DNA from: an uncultured archaeon
GTDB lineage: Archaea > Micrarchaeota > Micrarchaeia > Micrarchaeales > CABMGC01
Assembly: GCA_963729635.1 (NCBI GenBank)
Contig: CAVSOP010000006.1
Span: 156,148 to 220,147 of the forward strand
Direction: 5' to 3'
DNA: 64,000 nucleotides
Shown here piece after piece: positions 30,299-39,187 of the stretch. The position numbers were made by a program, and so were the translations under genes. The number at the start of each line of letters is the position of its first letter. Within the stretch, counting starts at the first letter, position 1. The notes under the pieces were generated by a model. It saw only the letters and a list, made by a program, of their open reading frames with translations. It made no database searches and had not been told where the DNA came from.

Positions 30299-30400
30299 CC
30301 CGCTGTAGCTCAATGGCAGAGCGACCGGCTGTAGTTTGTCACTTCTTCTGAAGCGAAAGAAGATACCGGTAGGTTGGGTTTTCGAATAACCCCAGCGGGA
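30299..30400 (+). tRNA. tRNA-Tyr (GUA) with a 30-nt intron at the canonical 37/38 position
   Basis: Acceptor CCCGCTG/CAGCGGG gives the C1-G72 pair typical of archaeal tRNA-Tyr. The anticodon stem is ACCGG...CCGGT with loop CT-GTA-G, then the intron (30335..30364, containing the cttctt/aagaag hairpin). T arm GGGTT-TTCGAAT-AACCC. Confidence 0.85.
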
Positions 30401-30408
30401 TATCGCTG

Positions 30409-30684
30409 TTGAGGAGATCTTTTGGACTATGCTGTGACGATCATGGGGTCGTGGCGGGCGCGCTGACGACCTTCTCGCTGCTGCCGCAGCTCTTCAAGGT
30501 GATCAGGAGGAAGTCCGCCAAGGACCTGTCAAGGACGTGGCTGGTCACGTCCAGTGCGGGCTTCGTCCTCTGGACCTACTACGGCTGCCGCATGACCCCG
30601 ATGCCATGCCCCTCGTGCTGTTCAGCGCCATGTCGCTGGTGTTCGCGCTGGCGCTGCTGGCGCTGAAATTAAGATATAAGTAGG
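30409..30684 (+). CDS. SemiSWEET (PQ-loop, 3-TM) sugar transporter, one apparent frameshift
   Basis: ...VVAGALTTFSLLPQLFKVIRRKSAKDLSRTWLVTSSAGFVLWTYYG joins ..HDPDAMPLVLFSAMSLVFALALLALKLRYK. The shift is at about 30585 (ggctg). The start codon is uncertain. Confidence 0.7.
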
Positions 30685-30716
30685 TTGCTGGTCAAATATA
30701 ATAGGTCCAAAGCGTG

Positions 30717-30789
30717 CCTTGGTGGTGTAGTGGACTAGCATACGACCCTGTCACGGTTGTGACCCGGGTTCGAATCCCGGCCAAGGCGC
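30717..30789 (+). tRNA. tRNA-Asp (GUC)
   Basis: Acceptor GCCTTGG/CCAAGGC, anticodon stem CGACC/GGTTG with loop CT-GTC-AC, T arm CCGGG-TTCGAAT-CCCGG, discriminator G. An oligo-T tract follows. Confidence 0.9.
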
Positions 30790-30812
30790 TTATTTTCCAA
30801 AAGGTATCGACA

Positions 30813-31483
30813 TGCAGTACGAGAACATCCTGCGGAGGCTTAAGGAATCGGGCAGCGCCGGAGTCCCTGGAGGGCATGGCCAAGTTCGGGATAAACACTA
30901 AGGGGGCGTACGGCGTCTCAGTCACGGAGCTGCGCAAGATGGCGAGGATGATAGGGCAGAACCACGATCTCGCCCTCAAGCTGTGGGGATCGGGTGTCCA
31001 CGAGGCCGGATACTGGCTGGCATAGTTGACGACCCCGAGAGGGTGACTGAGAGGCAGATGGACGCGTGGGTGAGGGACTTCGACTCGTGGGACGTCTGCG
31101 ACCAGATATGCGGAAACCTCTTCGATAAGACGGAATTCGCGTACAAGAAGGCCTTAGAGTGGAGCCACGAGAAGGAGGAGTACGTCAAGAGGGCCGGCTT
31201 CGTTATGATGGCCGCTCTTGCGGTGCACGACAAGGGGGCGAAGGACAAGGACCTCAAGAGGTTCCTGCCGATAATAGTCAGAGAGGCCACTGACGAGAGG
31301 AACTACGTGAAGAAGGCGGTGAACTGGGCGCTGCGCCAGATCGGGAAGAGGAATCCCCAGCTGAGGGACGCCGCGATGACCACGGCCGCGGAGATACAGA
31401 GGATAAACTCGCCCGCTGCGAGATGGATCGCTGCCGACGCCCTGAGGGAGCTGGAGAAGAAGAAATTCTCCCCTCTACGTTAG
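30813..31483 (+). CDS. DNA alkylation repair protein (AlkD-like HEAT-repeat family), 2 apparent frameshifts
   Basis: MQYENILRRLKESGS.., ESLEGMAKFGINTKGAYGVSVTELRKMARMIGQNHDLALKLWGSGVHEA.., then ..WVRDFDSWDVCDQICGNLF...VKRAGFVMMAALAVHD...ERNYVKKAVNWALRQIGKRN. Shifts are near 30860 and 31015. Confidence 0.7.
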
Positions 31484-31599
31484 GCCCCACCCGAATTCCA
31501 GGCGCAAGGAAGGGAACTTGCATTTGTTTTATGCCAGGTAAACCCGGAGCGCAATCTGCTTAAAAAGCTTGAGCGAGGAGTCTTTCCGAAGGTGGGAAA

Positions 31600-32094
31600 G
31601 TGAAAGGGCCTTACGAGCATCCCGATACGAGAATCGACAGCAGATCGCTGGCCGTCAGCGAGATAATGAGCAGCCCAGTGGTTACCGCTAAGGAGTCCAC
31701 GCACGTCAAGGAGATAGCCAAGCTCATGGGCAGGCACAGGATAGACGCGGTGGTCATAACGAACAGGCTCGGCGAGCCGGTCGGGATGGTCACGGGCGGG
31801 GACATAGTGAGGAAGCTGGTATCCAGGACGAGGAACCTGATGTTCTCGAAGGCCAAGCACATCATGAGCAAGCCAGTCAAGACCATTCCAAGGGGCATGA
31901 AGCTCGAGGAGGCTGCACGCTATATGGCGACCCACAGGATCAAGAAGCTCTGCGTGATTGACGACTCCAACAAGGTCGCGGGCATACTGACGTCTTCGGA
32001 CATAACCAAGAACGCCAGCTATCTGATAGACGTCCTCGAGGAGATAATCGGGACGGGGTACGTGGCTGGCGAGACCGTCGAAGAGGATGGCTGA
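31600..32094 (+). CDS. CBS-domain pair protein
   Basis: Two CBS repeats: VSEIMSSPVVTAKESTHVKEIAKLMGRHRIDAVVIT.. and AKHIMSKPVKTIPRGMKLEEAARYMATHRIKKLCVID... GTG start. Confidence 0.8.
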   Translation: MKGPYEHPDTRIDSRSLAVSEIMSSPVVTAKESTHVKEIAKLMGRHRIDAVVITNRLGEPVGMVTGGDIVRKLVSRTRNLMFSKAKHIMSKPVKTIPRGMKLEEAARYMATHRIKKLCVIDDSNKVAGILTSSDITKNASYLIDVLEEIIGTGYVAGETVEEDG

Positions 32095-32095
32095 C

Positions 32096-33511
32096 CTATG
32101 CCGCGAACGGCGAGAGCAGCAGCGACGGCAGGATTCCGAACAGCAGCGCGGCAGCGACAAGCAGCGCTATCGCCACGTAGACGCTCTTTCTAGGGCCCTG
32201 ATAGGGCTCCACCGCGTCTGAGACGTTGAGGAAAGACTTCTCCAGGACATAGAACAAGTACACCCCGAGGAGCGCGAGCGCGGCGATTGGGATTATGCCA
32301 ATGACTCCGAAAGTCTTGAACGCGCCGGAGAAGACCAGGAGGTCCCCGACGAATCCGGCGGTCAGGGGCAGGCCCACTGTCGCGAACACCCCGAACATGA
32401 AAGAGTAGGCCAGCGCCGGAAAACTCTTCAGGACTCCCTTTATCCTCTCCAGTGCGAGTGTCCCGAAGGACTCGTCGAGCGCTCCGGAGAGCAGGAACAT
32501 CAGCGAGATCACGATGCCGTGGCTCAGTAGCGAGTAGAGCGCGCCGGCGGTCCCGGCGGTGGTCAGAGATACCATGCCCAGGGAGGCGATGCCCATCCCC
32601 GCCGCGCTCGCGTACGCCAGGAGCCTCTTGAGGTTCGACTGCCGTATCGCGACGACCGCGCAGTACAGCACAGAGAAGCCAAAGAGCACCGCGAAGTAGT
32701 TCGCGTATGCGCCCGCGGCGGGAAGCATCAGTAGCATCAGGAGCAGCCCGTAAGCGCCGAACTTCGGCATCACGCCCGCCAGCACCATGCTCCCCGGCGC
32801 AGGGGCCTCCGAGTAGGCGTCGGGCAGCCACGAATGGAACGGGAAGACGGGCAGCTTCACCAGGAACGCGAAGGCCAGCAGGAGCATCGCCGCGAGCTGC
32901 GTCTGCAGAGGCATGGCCGCGGACTGGCTTATGATGGAGCCCATGTCGAACGTGTGCGCCGGGACGCCTGAGTAGATCAGCATTATGCCGACCAGCAGCG
33001 ACAGGCTCGCCGACACGGAGTAGATTATGAACTTTATGGCGGCGTACCTTCTGTCGAATCCGCCGAACAGGTATATCATGAAGAACATCGCCACCTCGCC
33101 CAGCTCCCAGAACGCGTAGAACAGGAAGAGGCTGCCGGAGAGGAAGAGCCCGATTGCCGAACTACCGGCCAAGAGGAATAGGAGGTTGTAGATGCGCCCG
33201 GATTCCTTGATGAACCCCTTTGCGACGATTGCCGCAGAGAGGAGCACGACCGCGGACATGACCAGGAGTATTACGCTGTACTGCGTGACCTGCAGGCTCA
33301 ACGATACCCCGAGGGACGGGAGGTAGTTCTGGCTGAAGGACAGGGAGCCGAAGCCCGCGGAGAGGCCTACGTAGGACACGTAAGCCACGAGAAGGAGCAC
33401 GATGACGGATGACGCGAGCGCTATCTTGAAGGAGTGGCGCTTGTGGAACGCAAAGAGGGGCAGGATGGACAGCAGTGGGATGAGAACGATGATCGGCAAC
33501 AGGGGGAACAA
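32096..33511 (-). CDS. nuoM: Complex I subunit M (antiporter-like), displaced from and inverted relative to the nuoA-N cluster
   Basis: Intact 471-aa ORF: FPFHSWLPDAYSEAPAPGSMVLAGVMPKFGAYGLL, LKRLLAYASAAGMG. Confidence 0.85.
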   Translation of the reverse strand: MFPLLPIIVLIPLLSILPLFAFHKRHSFKIALASSVIVLLLVAYVSYVGLSAGFGSLSFSQNYLPSLGVSLSLQVTQYSVILLVMSAVVLLSAAIVAKGFIKESGRIYNLLFLLAGSSAIGLFLSGSLFLFYAFWELGEVAMFFMIYLFGGFDRRYAAIKFIIYSVSASLSLLVGIMLIYSGVPAHTFDMGSIISQSAAMPLQTQLAAMLLLAFAFLVKLPVFPFHSWLPDAYSEAPAPGSMVLAGVMPKFGAYGLLLMLLMLPAAGAYANYFAVLFGFSVLYCAVVAIRQSNLKRLLAYASAAGMGIASLGMVSLTTAGTAGALYSLLSHGIVISLMFLLSGALDESFGTLALERIKGVLKSFPALAYSFMFGVFATVGLPLTAGFVGDLLVFSGAFKTFGVIGIIPIAALALLGVYLFYVLEKSFLNVSDAVEPYQGPRKSVYVAIALLVAAALLFGILPSLLLSPFAA

Positions 33512-33599
33512 TGTATCACGGGCGGCGGGCTTCGGTATAGAGAAACAAATTCAAGTTTATATAGATTTTGAGCATGCGGGCGTCGCGTATGGAGAGGTT

Positions 33600-33878
33600 C
33601 GCAGACAGATATCGTTTTATCTTTTCCTTCCGATGGTATTGCGAGTCCTATGAATTATGTCGGACGCAGCGGAAAGAACAGGTCGCAGTCCGCGATGGAG
33701 TTCCTCATGACCTATGGGTGGTCTATACTCATCATCGCCGTCGTCCTGGGCGCGATGTTCCAGCTCGGCGTCTTCAACTCCGCGAATCTCGGTCCGCGCG
33801 CTCCAACCGGGAACTGCAAGATCCTCAGGGTCGCGGGCATGTCAAACCTCGAGGGCACGTGCAGCGGCGTCCTGCCGC
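33600..33878. repeat. Right arm of the inverted repeat: 5'UTR plus signal-peptide module of pilin-LamG paralogue 2
   Basis: Partner of 19362..19637 (see that feature). Confidence 0.6.
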
Positions 33879-34531
33879 AGGAAGTCGCGATGTTCAACGG
33901 GCAGAGCAGCTACATAAATGTTGGCAGCGGTGCAAGTTTGCAGTTTTCCCACAGTACTGGCTTCAGTATTTCAGCCTGGATTAAAACAAGTTCGTCGGCT
34001 ACCCAGGAAATAGCGAGAAGGGATGGAGCGGGGTCGAATGGGTATTATCTATTGAGAACTTCGGGAACGAAATTACAACTCCAGCTTCTCAACCATGACG
34101 CCAGCCAAACATCCACCATTAACGGGGGTACTAACATAGCAAAGAATCAATGGGTTTATGTCGTGGGGGTCAGAGACACGTCAAATATGATGAAACTTTA
34201 TGTGAATGGGATTTCGGATGCGACCCCAACACCCGATACCACTACTGACGCCGTAGGTGGGGCCAATTTGATAATTGGTTCGACGTCCGTCCCAAGTGAA
34301 ATATTCAATGGTTCCATCGCAGACGTCCAGATATATAACACCTCCCTCGATGCGAACCAGATCCAGGCGCTCTACCTGAAAGGAATCGGCGCGGCCCCCA
34401 TCGACCCGAACCACATCGTCGGGTGGTGGCCCCTCAACGGCGACGCCAACGACTACTCGGGGAACAACAACGGTGCAGCGGCCTCGATCAGTTACACCGG
34501 CTCGTGGAGTAGCGGATACACGCCGCCCTGA
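33650..34531 (+). CDS. Pilin-like protein: class III signal peptide plus LamG domain (paralogue 2, low-GC central core)
   Basis: MNYVGRSGKNRSQS/AMEFLMTYGWSILIIAVVLGAMF... and C-terminal ADVQIYNTSLDANQIQALYLKGIGAAPIDPNHIVGWWPLNGDANDYSG. The ends are about 85% identical to 18685..19587. The centre (about 33880-34325) is unrelated and AT-rich. Confidence 0.8.
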   Translation: MNYVGRSGKNRSQSAMEFLMTYGWSILIIAVVLGAMFQLGVFNSANLGPRAPTGNCKILRVAGMSNLEGTCSGVLPQEVAMFNGQSSYINVGSGASLQFSHSTGFSISAWIKTSSSATQEIARRDGAGSNGYYLLRTSGTKLQLQLLNHDASQTSTINGGTNIAKNQWVYVVGVRDTSNMMKLYVNGISDATPTPDTTTDAVGGANLIIGSTSVPSEIFNGSIADVQIYNTSLDANQIQALYLKGIGAAPIDPNHIVGWWPLNGDANDYSGNNNGAAASISYTGSWSSGYTPP

Positions 34532-34620
34532 ATCTGCACGTTTGGTTGGAAATCCCGGCGATCGCGGAATGACGAACAGTTTAATAAGAATTAATCATAA
34601 AACAGTCTAAGGGGCCGAGA

Positions 34621-35850
34621 ATGCACGAACAGTTCGCCGATCTATTCAAGGAGTCGAAGATCTTCGCCAACCGCGAGGTCCTGTCCCCGCACTACATGCC
34701 GGACCTGCTGCCCTTCAGGGACAAGCAGATAAACGACATCGTGAAGTCCCTGACGCCGTCGCTCAAGGGCGAGAGGGGGCGGAACATATTCGTCTACGGC
34801 AAGACTGGCACTGGGAAGACCTCGTGCATCAAGCACGTCATAAACGAGGTCAAGAACCTCCCGGTCGTCAAGGCGAGGATATCCTACGTCAACTGCAGGA
34901 TATACAACTCCCGGTACAGGGTGCTCAGCAAGATAGCCAGCGACCATTTCCCGTTCTACGCTAAGAGGGGCTATGGCGTCGTCGAGATCTACGAGAAGAT
35001 AATCGGCTGGATAGAGGAGGACAGCAAGGTCCTCATAGTGGTGCTCGACGAGATAGACATAGTCAAGGACCTCGACGACCTGGTGTACACGCTGACTAGG
35101 GCCAACAGCGACCTGCGCTCCGGCGGGATAACCATCGTAGGGGTGTCGAACAAGCTGTCTTTCAAGGAGTCGCTCGACCCTAGGAGCCTCTCAACCCTCT
35201 ACGAGAACGAGCTGGTCTTCCCTCCTTACAACTCCAGGGAGCTCGCGGCGATACTCGAGGCCAGGGTTGAGAAGGGCTTCAGGCCGGGGGTCATGAAGCC
35301 CGAGACCGTGAGGCTCGCCGCCGCCATAGCCGCGAAGGAGAGCGGCGACGCGAGGCTCGCGCTGAAGATACTCTCCAAGGCCGGCGAGCTCGCAGAGGAG
35401 CACGGGCTGAGCTTCATAAACGACAAGGAGGTCGAGGAGGCGCAGGACGACGCCGAGCAGGAGATCGCCTACGAGGTCATATCCACGCTGCCCGAGCACC
35501 AGAAGCTCGTCCTATACGCCGTGGCGATGCTGTCGCTGCAGGGGAGCAGGTACAAGAAGCTCGTCGACGGCGACGACACGCTGATATTCAGCGGGGAGGT
35601 GTACAACAAGTACACGAAGCTCGCCGACGCGATGCACAAGGACTCGAAGAGCAGCAGGTGGTATAGGAAGTACGTCTCCGACCTTGAGATGCAGGGCCTC
35701 ATAATAACGTACGAGTCAGGGAAGGGAGTGAGGGGCCACACCAAGCTCATAAAGCTCGCCTATCCGCCGGAGAAGATAAAGGAGACCATAGAGAAGAGCC
35801 TGTTCATGGAGAGCGAGGCGAAGGGAGACGTGAGCACTGCGGTGGTCTGA
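34621..35850 (+). CDS. cdc6: Orc1/Cdc6 replication initiator
   Basis: Intact 409-aa ORF: LPFRDKQINDI, Walker A YGKTGTGKT, Walker B VVLDEID, and a C-terminal winged helix. Confidence 0.9.
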   Translation: MHEQFADLFKESKIFANREVLSPHYMPDLLPFRDKQINDIVKSLTPSLKGERGRNIFVYGKTGTGKTSCIKHVINEVKNLPVVKARISYVNCRIYNSRYRVLSKIASDHFPFYAKRGYGVVEIYEKIIGWIEEDSKVLIVVLDEIDIVKDLDDLVYTLTRANSDLRSGGITIVGVSNKLSFKESLDPRSLSTLYENELVFPPYNSRELAAILEARVEKGFRPGVMKPETVRLAAAIAAKESGDARLALKILSKAGELAEEHGLSFINDKEVEEAQDDAEQEIAYEVISTLPEHQKLVLYAVAMLSLQGSRYKKLVDGDDTLIFSGEVYNKYTKLADAMHKDSKSSRWYRKYVSDLEMQGLIITYESGKGVRGHTKLIKLAYPPEKIKETIEKSLFMESEAKGDVSTAVV

Positions 35851-35854
35851 TCCG

Positions 35855-36373
35855 ATGCAGTTTTTCGATATCGTTGCACTGAAGGAGGAAATCGACCTGG
35901 AACAGCTTGCTCCGAGGTTCGGCTACAGGAAGATGTTCCGCGTTGGGAAGGACGTGGAGCTCGTCAGCGACGTGAAACGCCTGAACGAGGAGGGCAGCTT
36001 CATAGTGAGGAGCGGGAACAACGAGACGCTCTCCAAGGCGGTGAGGAGCAACAGCGTCATCGGCGTCATAGTGGACGACAGCAAGGTCAGCGGGAAGTTC
36101 ATAGAGGAGCTGCGCACGCACGAGAAGCTGCTGTTCATCCCCGTCTCGCCGCTGGTCTGCCCGGCGCAGGAGAGCAGGCTGCGGAGCCTCTTCTGGGCCA
36201 AGGGCATCCTCAGGACGGCGCTCATGGGAAAGGCGAGCGTGTCGCTGGTGACGCTCGCCGCCGAGAAGGAGTGCCTGCTCTCGAGCGGGCAGATGCTGGA
36301 GATCGCGAAGCTGCTGGGCGCGAGCGACAAGATCGCGAGCGAGATGCTCTCCGCGCTGGGTGGTCCGCTATGA
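35855..36373 (+). CDS. rnp3: RNase P protein subunit Rpp30-like
   Basis: 172-aa ORF immediately upstream of and overlapping pop5, the usual rnp3-rnp2 pairing. The C-terminal pattern ...SVSLVTLAAEKECLLSSGQMLEIAKLLGAS is compatible with the Rpp30 TIM-barrel end. It is shorter than typical. Confidence 0.6.
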   Translation: MQFFDIVALKEEIDLEQLAPRFGYRKMFRVGKDVELVSDVKRLNEEGSFIVRSGNNETLSKAVRSNSVIGVIVDDSKVSGKFIEELRTHEKLLFIPVSPLVCPAQESRLRSLFWAKGILRTALMGKASVSLVTLAAEKECLLSSGQMLEIAKLLGASDKIASEMLSALGGPL

Positions 36374-36737
36374 TATTCAAGAGAAAGCTGAGGTACGTGC
36401 TTGTGGAGGCGAGCCGCGAGGTCAACCTGGCCGACAAGAGGGAGGTGGACGACCTGAAGTCGAGGCTGCACGGGGCGATGGGGGAGGCGCTGTACTTCAG
36501 GGCCAACCTGCACGTCGCCGCGCAGCTCAGGGAGGACGTATTCGTGATCAGCGCGAACAGGGGACAGGAGAGGGACCTTGTGCTTGCGCTTTCATTCATA
36601 AGGAGCTGGGCGGGAATAGGATGGGCTTCTACACGATAAAGATATCCGGCACGATAAGGAGCCTGAAGGACTATTTCTTCAAGACGTACGCCAGTAAACG
36701 CATCGGATGCCGACGCGGGGGTTTGGTCGGGCCCTAG
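36370..36737 (+). CDS. rnp2: RNase P protein subunit Pop5, one apparent frameshift
   Basis: MIFKRKLRYVLVEASREV...LVLALSFI joins KELGGNRMGFYTIKISGTIRSLKDYF... after a shift at about 36598. Confidence 0.7.
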
Positions 36738-36853
36738 GTAAGCCAGGATCGTTCTGTCGGCGCAGTAGCAGCGGCGGGTTGCCGTCGGATTCCACGGAAA
36801 ATTTATTATACCTTGCCGAACATATCACTACCGCGTAGAAATACGGTGAATAC

Positions 36854-37153
36854 ATGAAAATAAGTGAACTGAAAGCCGGCGCCACGAACGTGGAGCTGGA
36901 AGGAACTGTTACAGAAAAGAGCGAACCTAGGGAAGTCATTACGAAGTATGGCAAGAGGCTTAACGTTGCTAATGCCGTGATAAGTGACGACACTGGAAGC
37001 ATCTCCATATCCCTCTGGGGAGAGAACATCGACCAGATAAACATGGGAGACAAGGTCAAGGTCACCAACGGATACGTTGGCGAGTTCAGGGGAACCCCGC
37101 AGCTCTCGACCGGCAAGTACGGAAAGATAGAGGTAGTTGAAAAGGCAAGCTGA
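36854..37153 (+). CDS. Single OB-fold ssDNA-binding protein (SSB/RPA-like)
   Basis: 99 aa: MKISELKAGATNVELEGTVTEKSEPREV...VANAVISDDTGSISISLWGENID...GDKVKVTNGYVGEFRGTPQLS. Confidence 0.75.
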   Translation: MKISELKAGATNVELEGTVTEKSEPREVITKYGKRLNVANAVISDDTGSISISLWGENIDQINMGDKVKVTNGYVGEFRGTPQLSTGKYGKIEVVEKAS

Positions 37154-37160
37154 AGCTGGA

Positions 37161-38451
37161 CTAGAAATCCAGTTTCAGCTCTTCTCCTATCTTGGGTGCG
37201 TGGGCGTCGAAGCCCTCCATCCTCAGGTTTTCGGCGAACTCGTCAGCCGCGGCTTTCTCCCCGTGCACGCAGGCGACAGTCTCCGGCGCGCTCTCCCTTA
37301 CGTAGCTGTAGAGGTCGCTCTTTCCCGAGTGCGCCGAGAAGTCGTAGAAGGCGAAGGGAGTGTGGATGCGCAGCTTCTCCCCGTCTATGTTTAGCTGGCT
37401 TGCCCTCAAGCAGCCTCCTCCCGTTGGTCCCCTCCACCTGGTAGCCCGGTCAGGAATATCTTCGAGTTCTGGCCGAGCTTCGTGAGGTAGTTCAGAACGG
37501 GGCCGCCGTTCAGCATCCCGGCGGTGGTGACTATTATGCCGGGCGAGTTCATCGCGGCCTCCCTCGACTGCGCGGAGCCGAGCCAGTCCATGCGCTTCGA
37601 CGCGCTGCGAAGCAGCTCGATGTTCTTCATGAACTCTGGGTGGCGCATCGCTATCTCCGTGGCCGTCTTCGCCATCCCGTCGATGCTGACGTAATCTATC
37701 AGGTTGTTCTTGTAGAGCAGCGCTATGATCTCCTGCGCCCTCCCCACCGCGAAGACCGGAACGAGCGCCGTCCCGCCGTCGGCCAGCACGCCCCTCACGT
37801 CGTCAATGAATCCCTTGGCGAGGGCGTCCCTGTTCGGGTGCTCCCTGTTCGCGTAGGTCGACTCTATTACCAGTATGTCGCTCTTCACGACCTCCGCAGG
37901 TCCCTGGAGTATCTGCGGCTCGAGCTTGAAGTCTCCGGTGTAGACCAGACGCCTGCCCTTCTTGTTCTCTGATCGCGTGATCGCGCTGCCGGGCACGTGG
38001 CCAGCGTCGTGCAGCGACAGCGAGTAGTCCCCGATCTCCGTGACCGAGCCGTACTCGTAAGGGGCGAAGTGGTTCAGGAATGTCTTGAGCTGGCGCTTGG
38101 AGAACTTGCTGTGCCTGGTGGTTCTTCCTGCTTATCTTCAGCGAGTCGTCTATCAGGAGCTCGCTCAGCTCCTTGGTCGGCTCGGTCCCGTAGGTGGTGG
38201 GGAAAGCCGTGTCGTAGAGCATCGGCATCGCGCCGGAGTGATCGAGGTGCGAATGGCTGAGCACGCACGCGTCGACCCTGCCCGGCGGGAAGGGGATACT
38301 CTGTCTTGTCGTCAAGCTTGATGCCGTAGTCCAGGAGTATGCGCTTGCTTCCGTTAAGCAGGATCGCGGATCGCCCGACCTCTCCGGCTCCCCCGAGAAA
38401 ATGCAGCTCCGACATGGCCATCAGCGTATAATCCTTTTTAATTGTTGACAT
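37161..38451 (-). CDS. Metallo-beta-lactamase/beta-CASP ribonuclease (aCPSF2-like, no KH domains), about 4 apparent frameshifts
   Basis: LHFLGGAGEVGRSAILL, VLSHSHLDHSGAMP (HxHxDH), DAGHVPGSA, ESTYANREHP, LVPVFAVGRAQE, and C-terminal FSAHSGKSDLYSYV...VHGE. Pieces lie in several frames (shifts near 38300, 38090, 38000, 37420). Confidence 0.8.
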
Positions 38452-38477
38452 TTATATGCTAGTGGAAGGATGGTTCG

Positions 38478-39177
38478 ATGGCTGATGAAGAAATCATAAC
38501 ATTCACCGATCTCGCCTGCCTCTTGAAGATAACGCCGGAGACTACCCTTGAGAAATTCGGAAGCACCATAAACGCGAGCATATACGATGCCGCGCAGATA
38601 TCCGGGACGCTGAAGCAGAAGGGGCTCATAGACTTCACCGCATACTACCCCGGGCCCAACAGCATGACGATAACAGACGCCGGCAAGGCGCTGAAGGACG
38701 AGGCCGAGGCGAAGAGCGCGGAGACGCTCGACAACCTCGACGAGGAGGTGCTCGTGCAGCTCTCAGGGGGCAAGAGGATGCCACTCGAGCTCCAGAGCTC
38801 GCTGAACATCAGGCCGAAGGACCTCGCGCTCAGGCTATACAAGCTCAGCAAGCAGGGCCTGATCGGCTACGAGCTCAGGAACGGCAACGTGGAGCTCATG
38901 CTCACCGAGCAGGGCTTCCTGAAGGCCAAGACAGCGCAGGCGCCGAAGGCGCCTCAGATGGCACCCCCTGCTGCGCGCCAAGCAGGGCATGCCGGAGAGC
39001 GATGCGCTGGTGGCCAAGGCCGCGGGGCTGCCTCTGGGCATGCCGAAGAGCGATGGAGGGATGCGGACGATCAAGGTCGCTGCCGTTGCGGTGGTGGCGG
39101 TCGTCGTTGCCATAATGGCGCTGTACTTCACGGGCCACCTGGCCTCCGTCACGAGCTACCTGGGTAATACTATATAG
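38478..39177 (+). CDS. Tail-anchored hypothetical protein with two winged-helix-like modules, one apparent frameshift
   Basis: The N-terminal part contains ...LRLYKLSKQGLIGYELRNGNVELMLTEQGFL. A P/A-rich linker follows, then a duplicated GMP[E/K]SD motif, then the C-terminal TM helix IKVAAVAVVAVVVAIMALYF. The shift is in the C5 run at 38965-38969. Confidence 0.5.
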
Positions 39178-39187
39178 CGTGTGTTCC

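Noticed and set aside
34532-34620. A replication origin immediately upstream of orc1/cdc6.
   Set aside because: The gap is only 89 bp, with no ORB-like dyads or extended AT-rich unwinding element. The downstream side abuts rnp3 directly.
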